DNA of 63,471 nucleotides, filler included, from Octopus bimaculoides (lineage: Eukaryota), in assembly GCF_001194135.2 (NCBI RefSeq). It is 4 parts of 4 records of this genome, joined end to end, with 100 filler letters (N's around TTAATTAATTAA, not from the genome) between each part and the next. Parts side by side here need not be neighbours in the genome. Positions count along the whole stretch, not along the records: positions 1 to 19,788 come from NC_068988.1; positions 19,889 to 34,199 come from NC_068986.1; 2 more parts are not named here. One strand, given 5' to 3'. The stretch's first letter is position 1, and every line of letters begins with the position of its first letter. The translations under genes and the position numbers were made by a program. The notes under the pieces are model-generated. The model had not been told where the DNA came from, did not search any database, and was given only the letters and a program-made list of their open reading frames with translations. This document shows positions 13,076-25,954 of this stretch, one piece after another.

Positions 13076-14633
13076 ACCACACACACACACATACACACAC
13101 ACAATACAGAAATAAACAGACTCTCGTTTATGGCGTTAATCACACTGACAGCCCTGTTTGTTACAATCACAATAACTTATGGTTGTACAAGCTATCACTA
13201 ACCCTTCTACTTCTTCGGAAGACCAGCTAGAAATAACAGCCAAATCTCCCTCAAATCACATCCAATCATTTCCAAAAACGGAATGACACATTGGATAATG
13301 CAGTCCCATATAATATGAGGCTGAAAACAAAAAAAAAAAAAGAAACAATGGAATAATTGTTGCTGGAACATATTTTAGCTCAGTCATTGAAATGTATTTT
13401 CGGATCTCGAGGTACGCCCATGCTTCGAGTCCGGGGAGTGAAACAGCGAAAAGGCAAAAGGTAGGAAATGACTTATTCTGATAAAAAGTAGAGAGAAGGA
13501 AAACCAGAAATGTTTGTTCGTCAAAACAAATTGAAATAAGTTAATATTAAATGCAATACGGAGTAAATCTGATCTTGAATAGTGTGGTGATAACTATGGG
13601 CGTGTTTCGATATTATTACACTTCATCAGTGAAGCAATCTCACTTGTGGATCTTAATAAAGCTCAACAAGTATATTGGATATTTTATGAATGAACACACA
13701 AAGATACTACAAATTATAAGAATGACTGTGAATGAGTACTCAGGGACGTCTGCTGTATGAAAACTTAAGAGTAAAATGTGTATCATATTGCTCGAAACAT
13801 ACATACATACATACATATACATATGTACGTGTGTGCATGTGTACGTCAGTAATGTGGTGGGGGGGCTCAGTGAAACTGTTACGAAATTTGCTTATAACAT
13901 TGAAGTCTTGGAATAGACCCCACTTCATGGCATTGGATCTCTGTATCTTACATCATTACCTCGACGAACCCATGATTTCTAAATGAACTTTCCTAAACAG
14001 AAACTGCGAGGAATTCCATGAGATGGATTGCAACTGTAATTCAAAGTGCCAGCCGTGTCACATATTGTATCAGAGTAGGTGAGAGACGTTTTGGCGTAGG
14101 CGTTTTGGAGCCGCCTATTTGGCGTCGCTGATTCGACGCTGACTTACTTGACATCAAACATTTTAAAGATTTAGCTTTCCCTAATCCTCACTACCTCTCT
14201 CTCTTTCTTTCTCCCTCTAACTTTCTCTTTGTGTGTGTGTCTGTGTGTATTTAATATATGTGAACATATTTCTATTTATGTGTATGAGGAGAGGGAATAT
14301 ATTTACGTTAATCGTGTTCAGTTGATAAATTGTAATGTCTTTCTTTATCTCTCCGTCTCCTCTGCATCCTCCCTTCCTCCTCTTCCTTCTCTCTACTACC
14401 TCTCTCACATTTTCTTTACCTCTACCTGTATATTTCTGCACACGAGTGCGTGTGTGTGTATGTGATTGCATCCAGTACCAAAAAGCACTGTCGTTAAAGC
14501 AGACTCAATATCCAGTCAGCCGTGCAAGTACGTCAGCACCCAATCATCCGTATCCAATCGTATCGTTCCCCTCACAAGGTTGCTAAAGAATACTCAGCCA
14601 CAGTGCACCAGTCGGTCGATCTGTCGAACAAAC

Positions 14634-14678
14634 AATAGTACTTTCATCGCTGAAACAGACGGAGGACCAATCTTTGAA
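14634..14678 (-). mobile_element. Possible Tc1-family first-aspartate motif remnant
   Basis: FKDWSSVCFSDESTI resembles WxxVxFSDESKF; no further motifs recognised. Confidence 0.3.
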
Positions 14679-14687
14679 GTCTATACA

Positions 14688-14740
<53 letters not shown>

Positions 14741-14858
14741 AGGTTATGTAAAGTGTAATGGCAGCTGGTCCTTCAATTGAAAGTGATAAAAAATGATAGG
14801 AAATCCTGGAGGTGATGTTGTCAATTGGTTGGGTTGATGAAGGGAGTCAGCTCCTTGC

Positions 14859-14899
<41 letters not shown>

Positions 14900-16618
14900 T
14901 GTGTGTGTAGTCGTGTGAGTGAATGTAGGAAGAATTATGCGTTGTGTGTGTGTGTGTGTGTGTACACACACACATATAGGTGATGTGTTTGTGTGCGTTT
15001 TGATGCATAGTTTTCTGTGTGTGTGTGTTTGTATGTTTATATTGACTGCCTGTCGAAAAAGAAAAGCAATATCACTAACAACAATAACAACAACAACAAT
15101 AATAATAATCAACAATAATACATTTTATTACCTCAAGTGCGATGGATGGTGGAGTGACATTACAACAACAACAACTGCAACAACAACAATAATAATAATA
15201 ATAATGTTTTCTAACATGATAAGAATAATAACCGTTGTTAATGCTGATGAGGATTACAATAACGAGATCAACTCCAATATCAATGAGCTTAATCATAAAA
15301 AAAAGGGGTTTTATTTCAAAGAAAGCCAAAGAAACTATGAAAAGAAATAAAATGCCCCCCTCCCATACCTTCTACGACGCCATCTTCTCTTCTTTTTCGT
15401 TTTTCTCTTTTCCTGTTTTTTTTTTCTGATTTTGTTATTTTTGCAGATATAAAACAAGGTGAGGGAAGAGGTTAGCAACGTCTATAGCAACCATTCTACC
15501 CACCCACCCCTACTTACCTACCTGCTGATCTTAAGTGTGTTGGGAAGGGAGCGACATGGTGGAACGAATGAACCAGGGCTGAATAATGAAGACATCGAAT
15601 TCAGGAGGGGCGGAGGGGGTGTGCTGTTTTAATGAGGGTTTTTTTTTACCTCAACTGAAAGGAACACCCGTGCAATGTGTGTGTGTGTAGTTGAATACAC
15701 TGACACACACACACAAACACACACATATACACATCCATATGTGTATGCGTGTGGTTTGTGCGTATTACAACTCTTAGTGATAACATATCACTTTCACCTG
15801 ATACGCTTCTTCGGTTTTTCTCTTTCTCTCATATAATTTCTCATGTATGGATGTATGGATGGATGGATGGATNNNNNNNNNNNNNNNNNNNNNNNNNNNN
15901 NNNNNNNNNNNNNNNNNNNNNNNNNNNNNNNNNNNNNNNNNNNNNNNNNNNNNNNNNNNNNNNNNNNNNNNNNNNNNNNNNNNNNNNNNNNNNNNNNNNN
16001 NNNNNNNNNNNNNNNNNNNNNNNNNNNNNNNNNNNNNNNNNNNNNNNNNNNNNNNNNNNNNNNNNNNNNNNNNNNNNNNNNNNNNNNNNNNTCTGAAGTT
16101 CCAAATGTGAGTTTGCGTGTTAACTACATCTCAAAGATGGAGCCTTGTATCTTTGTTGGAAACCGGCTCCCTCCCCAGTAGAAAATTTATAATTAGAAAA
16201 TAGAATAGACACATACATACATACATACATACATACGCACACACAATGTAAGCAGAAAAGCAGCATGAAAATCAGCAACACTACAATTAATGGGGCGAGT
16301 AGAGTTAGTGACATTTGAATGGGGCCCCTGTGCCACTGTGCCACGGTCGCTCTTCACAGCACTGCACTACTGCACTACTGCACTACTGCACTGCGTCTGT
16401 TTAAGTCCTTGGTTTTGTTGTTGCTTTTTCCAAAATAATTTCGTTTTCGTTTTGGGTTTGCAAGACTCTTGATGGGACTTATAAAGAAACATATTTCACT
16501 GTATCTTTGGAGGATCCTTATGACCATTTTAACACACGAGCTGTTTGTGTTTGATTATTTTTACAATTCATTTGTCACTTGCTTAACCATTTAAGGTTTG
16601 ATAAACCTCAGTTTGTTA

Positions 16619-16651
16619 AAGTTCTTCCGTCCCCATTCGAGACCTCATCAG
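16619..16651 (-). ncRNA. Degenerate hammerhead-like motif
   Basis: CTGATGA G GTCTC GAATG GGGAC GGAA GAACTT; GAAA box mutated; stem I not formed. Confidence 0.4.
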
Positions 16652-16696
16652 CGAGGGTCGGAACCTGAAACAGACCTGGTGCAGAGAGGACACATC

Positions 16697-16730
16697 CTTG
16701 ACGAGGTCGCAAATGGCGACGAACGATTAG
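16697..16730 (+). ncRNA. Degenerate hammerhead-like motif
   Basis: CTTGACGA G GTCGC AAATG GCGAC GAAC; perfect 5-bp stem II, imperfect core. Confidence 0.35.
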
Positions 16731-17141
16731 CCCCTTGGTTAACCAATTGACAAACAAATAAATAATAGAGTCAAATAGAACCAGTGCATGTGTTCATTGT
16801 TGGCTTAATGACCCTCTCAAGTTGCAACAAAATCTGTTATTGTTGTTATTCTTATTGTTGCTGAACTCGTCTGTCAGATTCGATTAAGCAAACAAGATGA
16901 AAAACAATCCAGCCATGACAGAAGTGTTTAGATCTCTGTTTAGTTTTCTGACAGAAGGGTTGCACGGGTAGATCTGGTCTTCATAATATATATATATNNN
17001 NNNNNNNNNNNNNNNNNNNNNNNNNNNNNNNNNNNNNNNNNNNNNNNNNNNNNNNNNNNNNNNNNNNNNNNNNNNNNNNNNNNNNNNNNNNNNNNNNNNN
17101 NNNNNNNNNNNNNNNNNNNNNNNNNNNNNNNNNNNNNNNNN

Positions 17142-17183
<42 letters not shown>

Positions 17184-17229
17184 CATTTACTCTACACTCC
17201 GTCATACAGTGAACAATCGTTTGCAGAGC

Positions 17230-17910
17230 AGGGTGACAGTCAAGACATACATTTCTCTCTGTCCATTGTCCAAGTCTTTTTTTGTTCTATTCGAGTGGTA
17301 GCCAGATGAGTGTGGTAGAGTTGGTCTGATACTGTTCCCAAAGACCCAACAATAATTGGCGCTTCACCTTTTTCATTTTCCATAGACGGGCAATTTCGTA
17401 CTCAAGAGGGTTCTATCTATCTATCTATCTATCTATCTTTTCGCTATCCTTCTTGGCTATTCATGGGTCAAAGGGACATGCAACATCAACTATACAACAT
17501 ATGTGGTGCACCTTGTCCATTACCCCCACTATGTCCGGTCTGTTATGCTCTAGCAACTGATCTGTTTGGGTTGGGAAATCTCAGAGGATTTAGCTAGTCT
17601 CCGACAATGCCACTCTCTGCGGTTTGTACTCATACCACGTCTTGCCCCTCTCTAGCCCCCACTTTTCGCACAGTTTCCAATGGAGCAGTTTCGCTATCTG
17701 GTCGTGTTGCCACGACTTGTAGTTTCGGGCAGGTCTACGGCATTCGTTCGTGATATCGGTGATGGTTTCATCCATCCTATTGCAGATGCGGCACAACGGA
17801 GATACTTGCTCATTCCTCAGGCTGACCCTCCAGTTCGTGGCCAAGGCCTGGTCTTGCAATGCCAGTATACTGCTCTCGGTCTCTCTTTTTGGTGTTTGAT
17901 CCCAGCGTGT
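17230..17910 (-). mobile_element. R4/Dong-like non-LTR retrotransposon 3' fragment (zinc knuckle + restriction-like endonuclease)
   Basis: KRETESSILALQDQALATNW, CRICNRMDETITDITNEC, HDQIAKLLHWKLCEKWG, RPDIVGVMDKVHHICCIVDVACPFD (PD..D motif), YEIARLW and IVGSLGTV. Confidence 0.85.
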
Positions 17911-19211
17911 AACGTCCTTACCAAGTGTCTTTTACCAAAATTTAGAGATAATTAAAACTTTGTGTGAAAAATTCACATGACACAAAACGTGGGTACTTGT
18001 CGGGTGGATTGTACCTCTAAATGAAAGGTTCGGCTTTGTCACATACCGTGTTATGCTAAATGTCGTTAGGGTTTATGCTAAGGGATGTATGTGTCTGCGG
18101 AATACTCAACTACTTACATGCTAACTCGGTTAATCGAACTATCGAATTCTCATCGTCGAAACCGACGAAGAACCATTTCGTTATTGTTGCAATTAATCCT
18201 TTTGAGAGACTTTTGGTTCTGTGGTGGTTGTGGTTTGATCACAATAAACCTATAACCAAACACTTCCAGCCATGGCCATCTCGTATCAAGTTTAATTCAC
18301 GAATGTGGACTTCATTTGTAACGGAGAGAGAGGGAGAGAGAGATAAAGAGAGAGAGAAAAAAGAAAGAAAGTGAGATTATTTTTACAAGATGGACTGGGA
18401 ACACAGAGGCTCTCCAGTTTGTTATTGTAGTTATTGTTGGTGGTGGTGGTCGTGCTACTAATAGTGGTATTGTTGTTTTTTTGTTTTGTTGATGTTATTG
18501 CTGTTGTTGGCACTAAAGACTTGTTTGTTTTTTGTTGTCGTTGTTGTTGTTGTTGTTGTTGAGGGTAGTGGTGGGTTTCTTCTTGACACTATTGTTGTTT
18601 CTGCTGTTCATTTCAGTGGCGATGGTGGCAGCAGCAGCAGCCGTGATGGTGCCAGTGGATGGTGGTGGTGGTGGTGGTGGTGAACGTGGTGGTGNNNNNN
18701 NNNNNNNNNNNNNNNNNNNNNNNNNNNNNNNNNNNNNNNNNNNNNNNNNNNNNNNNNNNNNNNNNNNNNNNNNNNNNNNNNNNNNNNNNNNNNNNNNNNN
18801 NNNNNNNNNNNNNNNNNNNNNNNNNNNNNGTGTTGTGGTGGTGGTGGTGGTATTGACCGTTGTCATCTTGGCGGCGGTGATAGCGGCGAGCGAGCGAGCG
18901 AGGGAGGGTTTCGGGCTGCTCTGACACCTCTCTTCTCACTAATATCAGATTATAACAATTTCTTTTGCTAACTGATGCTTTTGTTACGAATTAGCATTTC
19001 TTCTTCTTCTTTTTTTTTTATTACCATTACCGTTGTTGTTGTTGATGTTGTTGTGGCAGTTGTTGATCTTCTTGTTGCTGCCGTTGTCTACTTATAAGAT
19101 ATTGTTTTTAAACAGTCCACAGTTTTACAAAAGAGCAGGGGACGTGCTTTGCCGTATAATACAAATTATGAAATTAGACAAAACATGCGCGCGCGCGCAC
19201 ATACACACAGA

Positions 19212-19260
<49 letters not shown>

Positions 19261-19788
19261 ACAGAGACACACACACACACAGACACACATACACACAGAG
19301 ACACACACACACACACACAGAGACATGCGCGCGAAAAAGGAAGGAATTTAAAGAAACATCAAAACACAACCACTATAACAACAACAACGATGATGATAAG
19401 GAGGAGGAGGAGGAGGATGACGCTAATGGTGATGATGATGATGATGATGATGATGGTGGTGAGGAGGAGGAAGAGCGGGGCGGGAAGGAGGGGTAGGAGG
19501 AGGGATAACCACAGATGTTATCGTTTTAATTTGATGTCTGTAAGTTGCAAATGGTCAACGAGCTTTTCTTTCTGATTTCTCTTTTCATTCTTTTCTCTTT
19601 TCTTATTTTGTATGTGTGTGTGTGTGTTTATGTGTGTGTGTTTATGTGTGTGTGTGTGTTTATGTACTGTGCTTGTATATATTCATAATCTATCTCTTCT
19701 TTGTCTCTCTCTATATATATACATATCTACGCACGCACACACACACACACACACACACACAGTCACACACACACACACACACACACAC

Positions 19789-19888
19789 NNNNNNNNNNNN
19801 NNNNNNNNNNNNNNNNNNNNNNNNNNNNNNNNTTAATTAATTAANNNNNNNNNNNNNNNNNNNNNNNNNNNNNNNNNNNNNNNNNNNN
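19789..19888. other. 100-bp assembly spacer N44-TTAATTAATTAA-N44
   Basis: Identical construct at 34200-34299 and 60870-60969; the 12-mer gives stops in all six frames. Confidence 0.9.
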
Positions 19889-19907
19889 TATTTATGTACT
19901 TGAGTAT

Positions 19908-19963
19908 ATTTCACTGATGAAGGCAGAGCATTTATGCAAAGCCAGAAATCCAGGATTTGAAAT
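19908..19963 (+). ncRNA. Minimal type-I hammerhead ribozyme candidate, complete
   Basis: Stem I ATTTCA(19908-13)/TGAAAT(19958-63); CTGATGA; stem II GGC/GCC with inner GCAT-TT-ATGC hairpin; GAAA; stem III ATCC-A-GGAT; predicted AUU cleavage after 19957. Confidence 0.75.
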
Positions 19964-20116
19964 TATCTTATTATTTTTACTGGCTTATTTGGTCTTTGTC
20001 TTCGCTAATCGTGCCTTGCGGACATTTATTGTGGTTTTGGAGTCAGGATTTGACTGCTATTTTTTCAGCGTGGTGGTATCTCTTGATACCCTGTATTATA
20101 ATTTTAAATAATTTTA

Positions 20117-20148
<32 letters not shown>

Positions 20149-20856
20149 CATATATGTATATATATATATATGTATACATAGGCACACGAGCACCCACACA
20201 CATATATATATATATACATACATATATATATATTTATATATATACACACTAGTATTATGAATTTAATGAATACAAATGCGTACAAATAAACTGCATGTGA
20301 ACTGTTCTGATTATAATACCACTGCTTTCGTCAAAGTTACATCTGTCCCAATCTCATGTGTATGATTCAAGGTGCTTTCATTTCAAATTTAAGCGCGGGT
20401 TTGATATTTAAGTATTGGTTAGTTAGCAATAAAATCAACGAAATGAAATTTTTTAAGTTACAAGTCTAAGAAAACCAAACTAGGGTGTTATAAATTAATA
20501 AAAATTAGACGGACGAAATAACAATACGCCCTGTATGATATAATAAAAAATATATTGCCATACGATTCGATTCAAAATAAAATGAAATACGCGAAAACAA
20601 CGTAAAACATTGTACGTTTTCGAATCCAATACAAATTAGAATTTTGAATTTCACTGATGTATCTCATGCTGTTGATTTTGGTCTCACTTACTATATAGAT
20701 TTCACATAAAAAATGACAGCCAAAAGCGTTGTGTATGGGTCATAGGGAGTCCTCATTTTTTTTGGGGGGGAACGTATTTGTAGAATTTCCCTGTCGTTCT
20801 AATAGGATAAAATACTTGTAGATGAATCGTAAATATAAAGTGTAATATATATATAT

Positions 20857-21014
20857 GAGTTGGTGTGTGGTAAGAAGCATGCTTTCCAACCACATGGTTC
20901 CGGGTTCAGTCCCACTGCGTGGCACAGTGTGCTAGTGCCTTCTACTATAGACCCGAGCCGACCAAAGCCTTGTAAGTGGATAGGTTAGACGGAAACTGAA
21001 AGAAGCTTGTGGAA
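20857..21014 (+). mobile_element. Octopus tRNA-derived SINE head, truncated at (TA)n
   Basis: TGTGTGGTAAGAAGCATGCTTTCCAACCACATGGTTCCGGGTTCAGTCCCACTGCGTGGCAC...GGAAACTGAAAGAAGC. Confidence 0.85.
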
Positions 21015-21883
21015 TATATATATATATATATANNNNNNNNNNNNNNNNNNNNNNNNNNNNNNNNNNNNNNNNNNNNNNNNNNNNNNNNNNNNNNNNNNNN
21101 NNNNNNNNNNNNNNNNNNNNNNNNNNNNNNNNNNNNNNNNNNNNNNNNNNNNNNNNNNNNNNNNNNNNNNNNNNNNNNNNNNNNNNNNNNNNNNNNNNNN
21201 NNNNNNNNNNNNNNNNNNNNNNNNNNNNNNNNNNNNNNNNNNNNNNNNNNNNNNNNNNNNNNNNNNNNNNNNNNNNNNNNNNNNNNNNNNNNNNNNNNNN
21301 NNNNNNNNNNNNNNNNNNNNNNNNNNNNNNNNNNNNNNNNNNNNNNNNNNNNNNNNNNNNNNNNNNNNNNNNNNNNNNNNNNNNNNNNNNNNNNNNNNNN
21401 NNNNNNNNNNNNNNNNNNNNNNNNNNNNNNNNNNNNNNNNNNNNNNNNNNNNNNNNNNNNNNNNNNNNNNNNNNNNNNNNNNNNNNNNNNNNNNNNNNNN
21501 NNNNNNNNNNNNNNNNNNNNNNNNNNNNNNNNNNNNNNNNNNNNNNNNNNNNNNNNNNNNNNNNNNNNNNNNNNNNNNNNNNNNNNNNNNNNNNNNNNNN
21601 NNNNNNNNNNNNNNNNNNNNNNNNNNNNNNNNNNNNNNNNNNNNNNNNNNNNNNNNNNNNNNNNNNNNNNNNNNNNNNNNNNNNNNNNNNNNNNNNNNNN
21701 NNNNNNNNNNNNNNNNNNNNNNNNNNNNNNNNNNNNNNNNNNNNNNNNNNNNNNNNNNNNNNNNNNNNNNNNNNNNNNNNNNNNNNNNNNNNNNNNNNNN
21801 NNNNNNNNNNNNNNNNNNNNNNNNNNNNNNNNNNNNNNNNNNNNNNNNNNNNNNNNNNNNNNNNNNNNNNNNNNNNNNNNNNN

Positions 21884-21918
<35 letters not shown>

Positions 21919-21919
<1 letters not shown>

Positions 21920-22085
21920 GCCGGGGTTCATCCTGTTTCCACCTACCAAATCCACTTAAAAGGCTTTGGTCGGCATGAGGCTATATGGTAGAAGACACTT
22001 GCCCAAGATGCAATGCGGTCGTACTGAACCCGGAACCATGTGGTTGGGAAGCAAGCTTCTTAACACACCGCCACACATGCGTCTA
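21919..22085 (-). mobile_element. Same SINE head in opposite orientation
   Basis: Reverse complement of the 20857 head (GAACCCGGAACCATGTGGTTGGGAAGCAAGCTTCTT on plus). Confidence 0.85.
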
Positions 22086-22860
22086 TATGTAGGATACTTA
22101 AAAATAGCTTCGACTTTATCCAATAATCTCTGATTAAAAATTCTTGAACCTGAAGCACATCACGATATCAGCTAGTACCTGTAATAATTGGTATAGACTC
22201 TTTCTTACAAATAAATTTGAAATTAATACTATATTCAGTTAGATTTTATACAACTATGTTCCTCTACTATTGATCGCATTTAGTAACTAGCGCTAGGAAA
22301 TAAAACTAAATGGAAGAATGTTTGAAAAAATAACGATTTTACAGTTCTAAGCTTTCTTAAAATATGTTTTCACGTTGTGATAATCCATAATGAACATTAA
22401 TTAATTTTACTAATGAATTTAAGACGCATGCAAATCAAAACCGAATGATATGTAAATTAATCGAAGAATTATTCTACATACGAGAAACAAAAAATTATGA
22501 GAGAATTTTTTTTTTATGATACAGAGAGTAATGCATTAAATCTTCATTAAATTGTAATTCTACTTGAAAATAATCTGAAATAAATTTATTCATTTTTAAT
22601 TGTAATTTCAAACAAATTGCAGTAATATTAAGGGTAATTTTTCTCTCGTTCAATCAATATTCTAGAAACAAATATATGTCCCCTGTTAATATTATTCCCG
22701 TGCTCCAATGATATTCTCTTGAATGTCCCTTATCTATTAATTTAATAACAGAACTCAAGGTTTCAGCTTACTGAACCATCCATCATTAACATTTTGAAGA
22801 AAATGATGCAATACATAGGCAGTTGATTCTACACTATGTTCGGCACATAATAGTCTACCT

Positions 22861-23245
22861 GTTGTTGTTGGCACTCCGTCGCTTACGACGTCGAGGGTTC
22901 CAGTTGATCCGATCAACGGAACAGCCTGCTCGTGAAATTAACGTGCAAGTGGCTGAGCACTCCACAGACACGTGTACCCTTAACGTAGTTCTAGGGGATA
23001 TTCAGCGTGACACAGTGTGACAAGGCTGACCTTTTGAATTACAGGTACAACAGAAACAGGAAGAAAGAGTGAGAGAAAGTTGTAGTGAAAGAGTACAGCA
23101 GGGTTCGCCACCACCCCCTGCCGGAGCCTCGTGGAGCTTTAGGTGTTTTCGCTCAATAAACACTCACAACGCCCGGTCTGGGAATCGAAATCGCGATCCT
23201 ATGAACACGAGTCTGCTGCCCTAACCACTGGGCCATTGCGCCTCT
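22861..23245 (-). mobile_element. Full-length tRNA-derived SINE with (AAC)n tail
   Basis: Minus GGCGCAATGGCCCAGTGGTTAGGGCAGC (A box) ... GATTTCGATTCCCAGACC (B-box-like); ends in CAACAACAAC. Confidence 0.85.
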
Positions 23246-25307
23246 ACAATAGTCTTCCTAATAATTACTAAAGTCTCATGTCACATTGGATGGAGAGTAA
23301 AAAAATAAATAAACTCACTTCTCTTGCTTCGAGAAAAAAAAGCCATCTAGAAACGTAGAAGGCCTAAGAAAAGGCCCCGACAGCACACATAAATTAAGGG
23401 AGCATTTCTGGATATTCAAAGCTCTATTTTCAATATACACCATTATCGAAATTTTCCGCTGTAATACCTAATTCTTAAGGAATTTTTATTTAGCAACATA
23501 AATTGAACATATTTCAGTCATAGATAAGTCATCGAACTCCTTCAGTCATTGGATTGTGGCCCTTCTAGAGTACCGCCCTAAAATATTTTATCATACACTC
23601 TCTTTCCTTTTTGCCCTCATGCCAAATTACGGGGACGAAAGCAAAATAACAAGTGTTCTCAAACGGGTATAATGAACAAGAACAAATGCAGGCACTCGCT
23701 GGCGCACGCAGGCGAACGCATACACACGCGCGTCGCACATGCGCACACATATAAATCAAAATGCTCTCTTTTTATTTACCGTCTACTAAATACACTCACA
23801 CTGTTTGGGTTGACTTAAACAATGTGGTAAACGCTTGACCAGCGAGTCGATCAGTGAGACAGAACCGAACGGTGGGCCGAGGAAGAAAAAAGAAACTACT
23901 TAAATACTCATTAACGCTGCGCCTATTTTTTCTCCTTATATTTTCAGAGAGAGACATGTAGCCTTTAACATGTTTATGTTGTCATTGTTTCAAACATTTG
24001 AATCAATGAAATATATACTTTTTTTATACTTAGGGCAGTTTCATGTGTAAGTATACGTTTATATAACCGACAGAATGCATCTGCTACATACTACGCATAA
24101 AGGCGTTGGCACTCTTCTCATTTTACTTTCATAGCACGAAATAATCGTCCGACTGCAATGCAAATACGGCTAATGAATCTAAACATCTAAATTTTTTCAC
24201 CTGCGTTTAGAAAAAATGTTTCAAAATGTATCAACAATTCCATGCATTATGTATTTTAGAAATACATTGAGTAACTTTCATTTTCTTTCTTTTCTCAAAT
24301 TTGTCGGGAAAGAAACCATTTTTACTAAATTGTATCTGAATACCTTCCATAACATTTTGGTATATGTGTAGTGTACTTCTTAATAAAATAAATATAAAAT
24401 ATAAAGGATTACATTTTACCAAATATTCAATGCACGCTAAATGAATCTTGATTGCGTTTAAACAATGAAAATAAAAGAGAAATATATATTATGTTCGTCA
24501 TACAATTGCAACAATAAATAATTTTTGAAAAAATAGTAAATATCTGAAGATGTAAATATACATGCATATACACAAACGCACAGATATATACGCATACAAA
24601 TATATATATATATATGATTATATATATATATATNNNNNNNNNNNNNNNNNNNNNNNNNNNNNNNNNNNNNNNNNNNNNNNNNNNNNNNNNNNNNNNNNNN
24701 NNNNNNNNNNNNNNNNNNNNNNNNNNNNNNNNNNNNNNNNNNNNNNNNNNNNNNNNNNNNNNNNNNNNNNNNNNNNNNNNNNNNNNNNNNNNNNNNNNNN
24801 NNNNNNNNNNNNNNNNNNNNNNNNNNNNNNNNNNNNNNNNNNNNNNNNNNNNNNNNNNNNNNNNNNNNNNNNNNNNNNNNNNNNNNNNNNNNNNNNNNNN
24901 NNNNNNNNNNNNNNNNNNNNNNNNNNNNNNNNNNNNNNNNNNNNNNNNNNNNNNNNNNNNNNNNNNNNNNNNNNNNNNNNNNNNNNNNNNNNNNNNNNNN
25001 NNNNNNNNNNNNNNNNNNNNNNNNNNNNNNNNNNNNNNNNNNNNNNNNNNNNNNNNNNNNNNNNNNNNNNNNNNNNNNNNNNNNNNNNNNNNNNNNNNNN
25101 NNNNNNNNNNNNNNNNNNNNNNNNNNNNNNNNNNNNNNNNNNNNNNNNNNNNNNNNNNNNNNNNNNNNNNNNNNNNNNNNNNNNNNNNNNNNNNNNNNNN
25201 NNNNNNNNNNNNNNNNNNNNNNNNNNNNNNNNNNNNNNNNNNNNNNNNNNNNNNNNNNNNNNNNNNNNNNNNNNNNNNNNNCATATATATACATACATTT
25301 TCATAGG

Positions 25308-25373
<66 letters not shown>

Positions 25374-25594
25374 CACATGCCCACATGCGAAATTAGCATC
25401 AGAAATACACTTGATGATATATGGATAAACATACAATCAATCTGCGATATATATCCTCCTGTCCATATGAAAACAGGTATATAGATACACGTATATGTAC
25501 ACTTGATTACATACACATCTTTAAACACACAAATATATGCATATGTGAAAATGCATATGCGTGTAGAGATGTGTGGTTTTTTTGTGTTTGTGCG

Positions 25595-25900
25595 AGCATA
25601 ATTCAACCGGCAGTTGTCAAAAAAATCCAGCGACAGCGGAGCCATATATACACGCACATTTTCCATATACATTGGTGTACGTGTGTGTGTGTGTGTGTGT
25701 GTGTGTGTCCGTGCGTGTACGTGTGTGTGTTTGTGTGTGTGTGTGTACGTGTGTGTGTGTGTGTGTGTGCGTGCGTGTGTGTGTAACATACTCATTTCAG
25801 TTTCCGTCTCCGAAACCCACTCATCGATGATTTGGTTGTGCCGAGGCTATAGCAGAATACACTTGACAGAGATGCCACTTAGTCGGACTGTAAATGAATA
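25595..25900 (-). mobile_element. Degenerate SINE with expanded internal (GT)n
   Basis: Plus TTTCAGTTTCCGTC...CACTCA...GAGGCTATAGCAGAATACACTTG is the reverse complement of the SINE head; TTGACAACT module at about 25605-25620. Confidence 0.6.
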
Positions 25901-25954
25901 CATGCACTTGGCAAGCTAGCTTCATATATATTCTGCCACGCCTACGCATATATA

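Noticed and set aside
13395-13430. Hairpin followed by GAAA on the minus strand
   Set aside because: No CUGANGA upstream, so not a hammerhead
16355-16400. (ACTGCACT)n short tandem repeat
   Set aside because: Simple minisatellite with no spacers; not CRISPR-like, and the context is eukaryotic
19833-19844. TTAATTAATTAA island inside Ns, repeated at 34244-34255 and 60914-60925
   Set aside because: Identical 100-bp construct with six-frame stops; a scaffolding spacer, not biology
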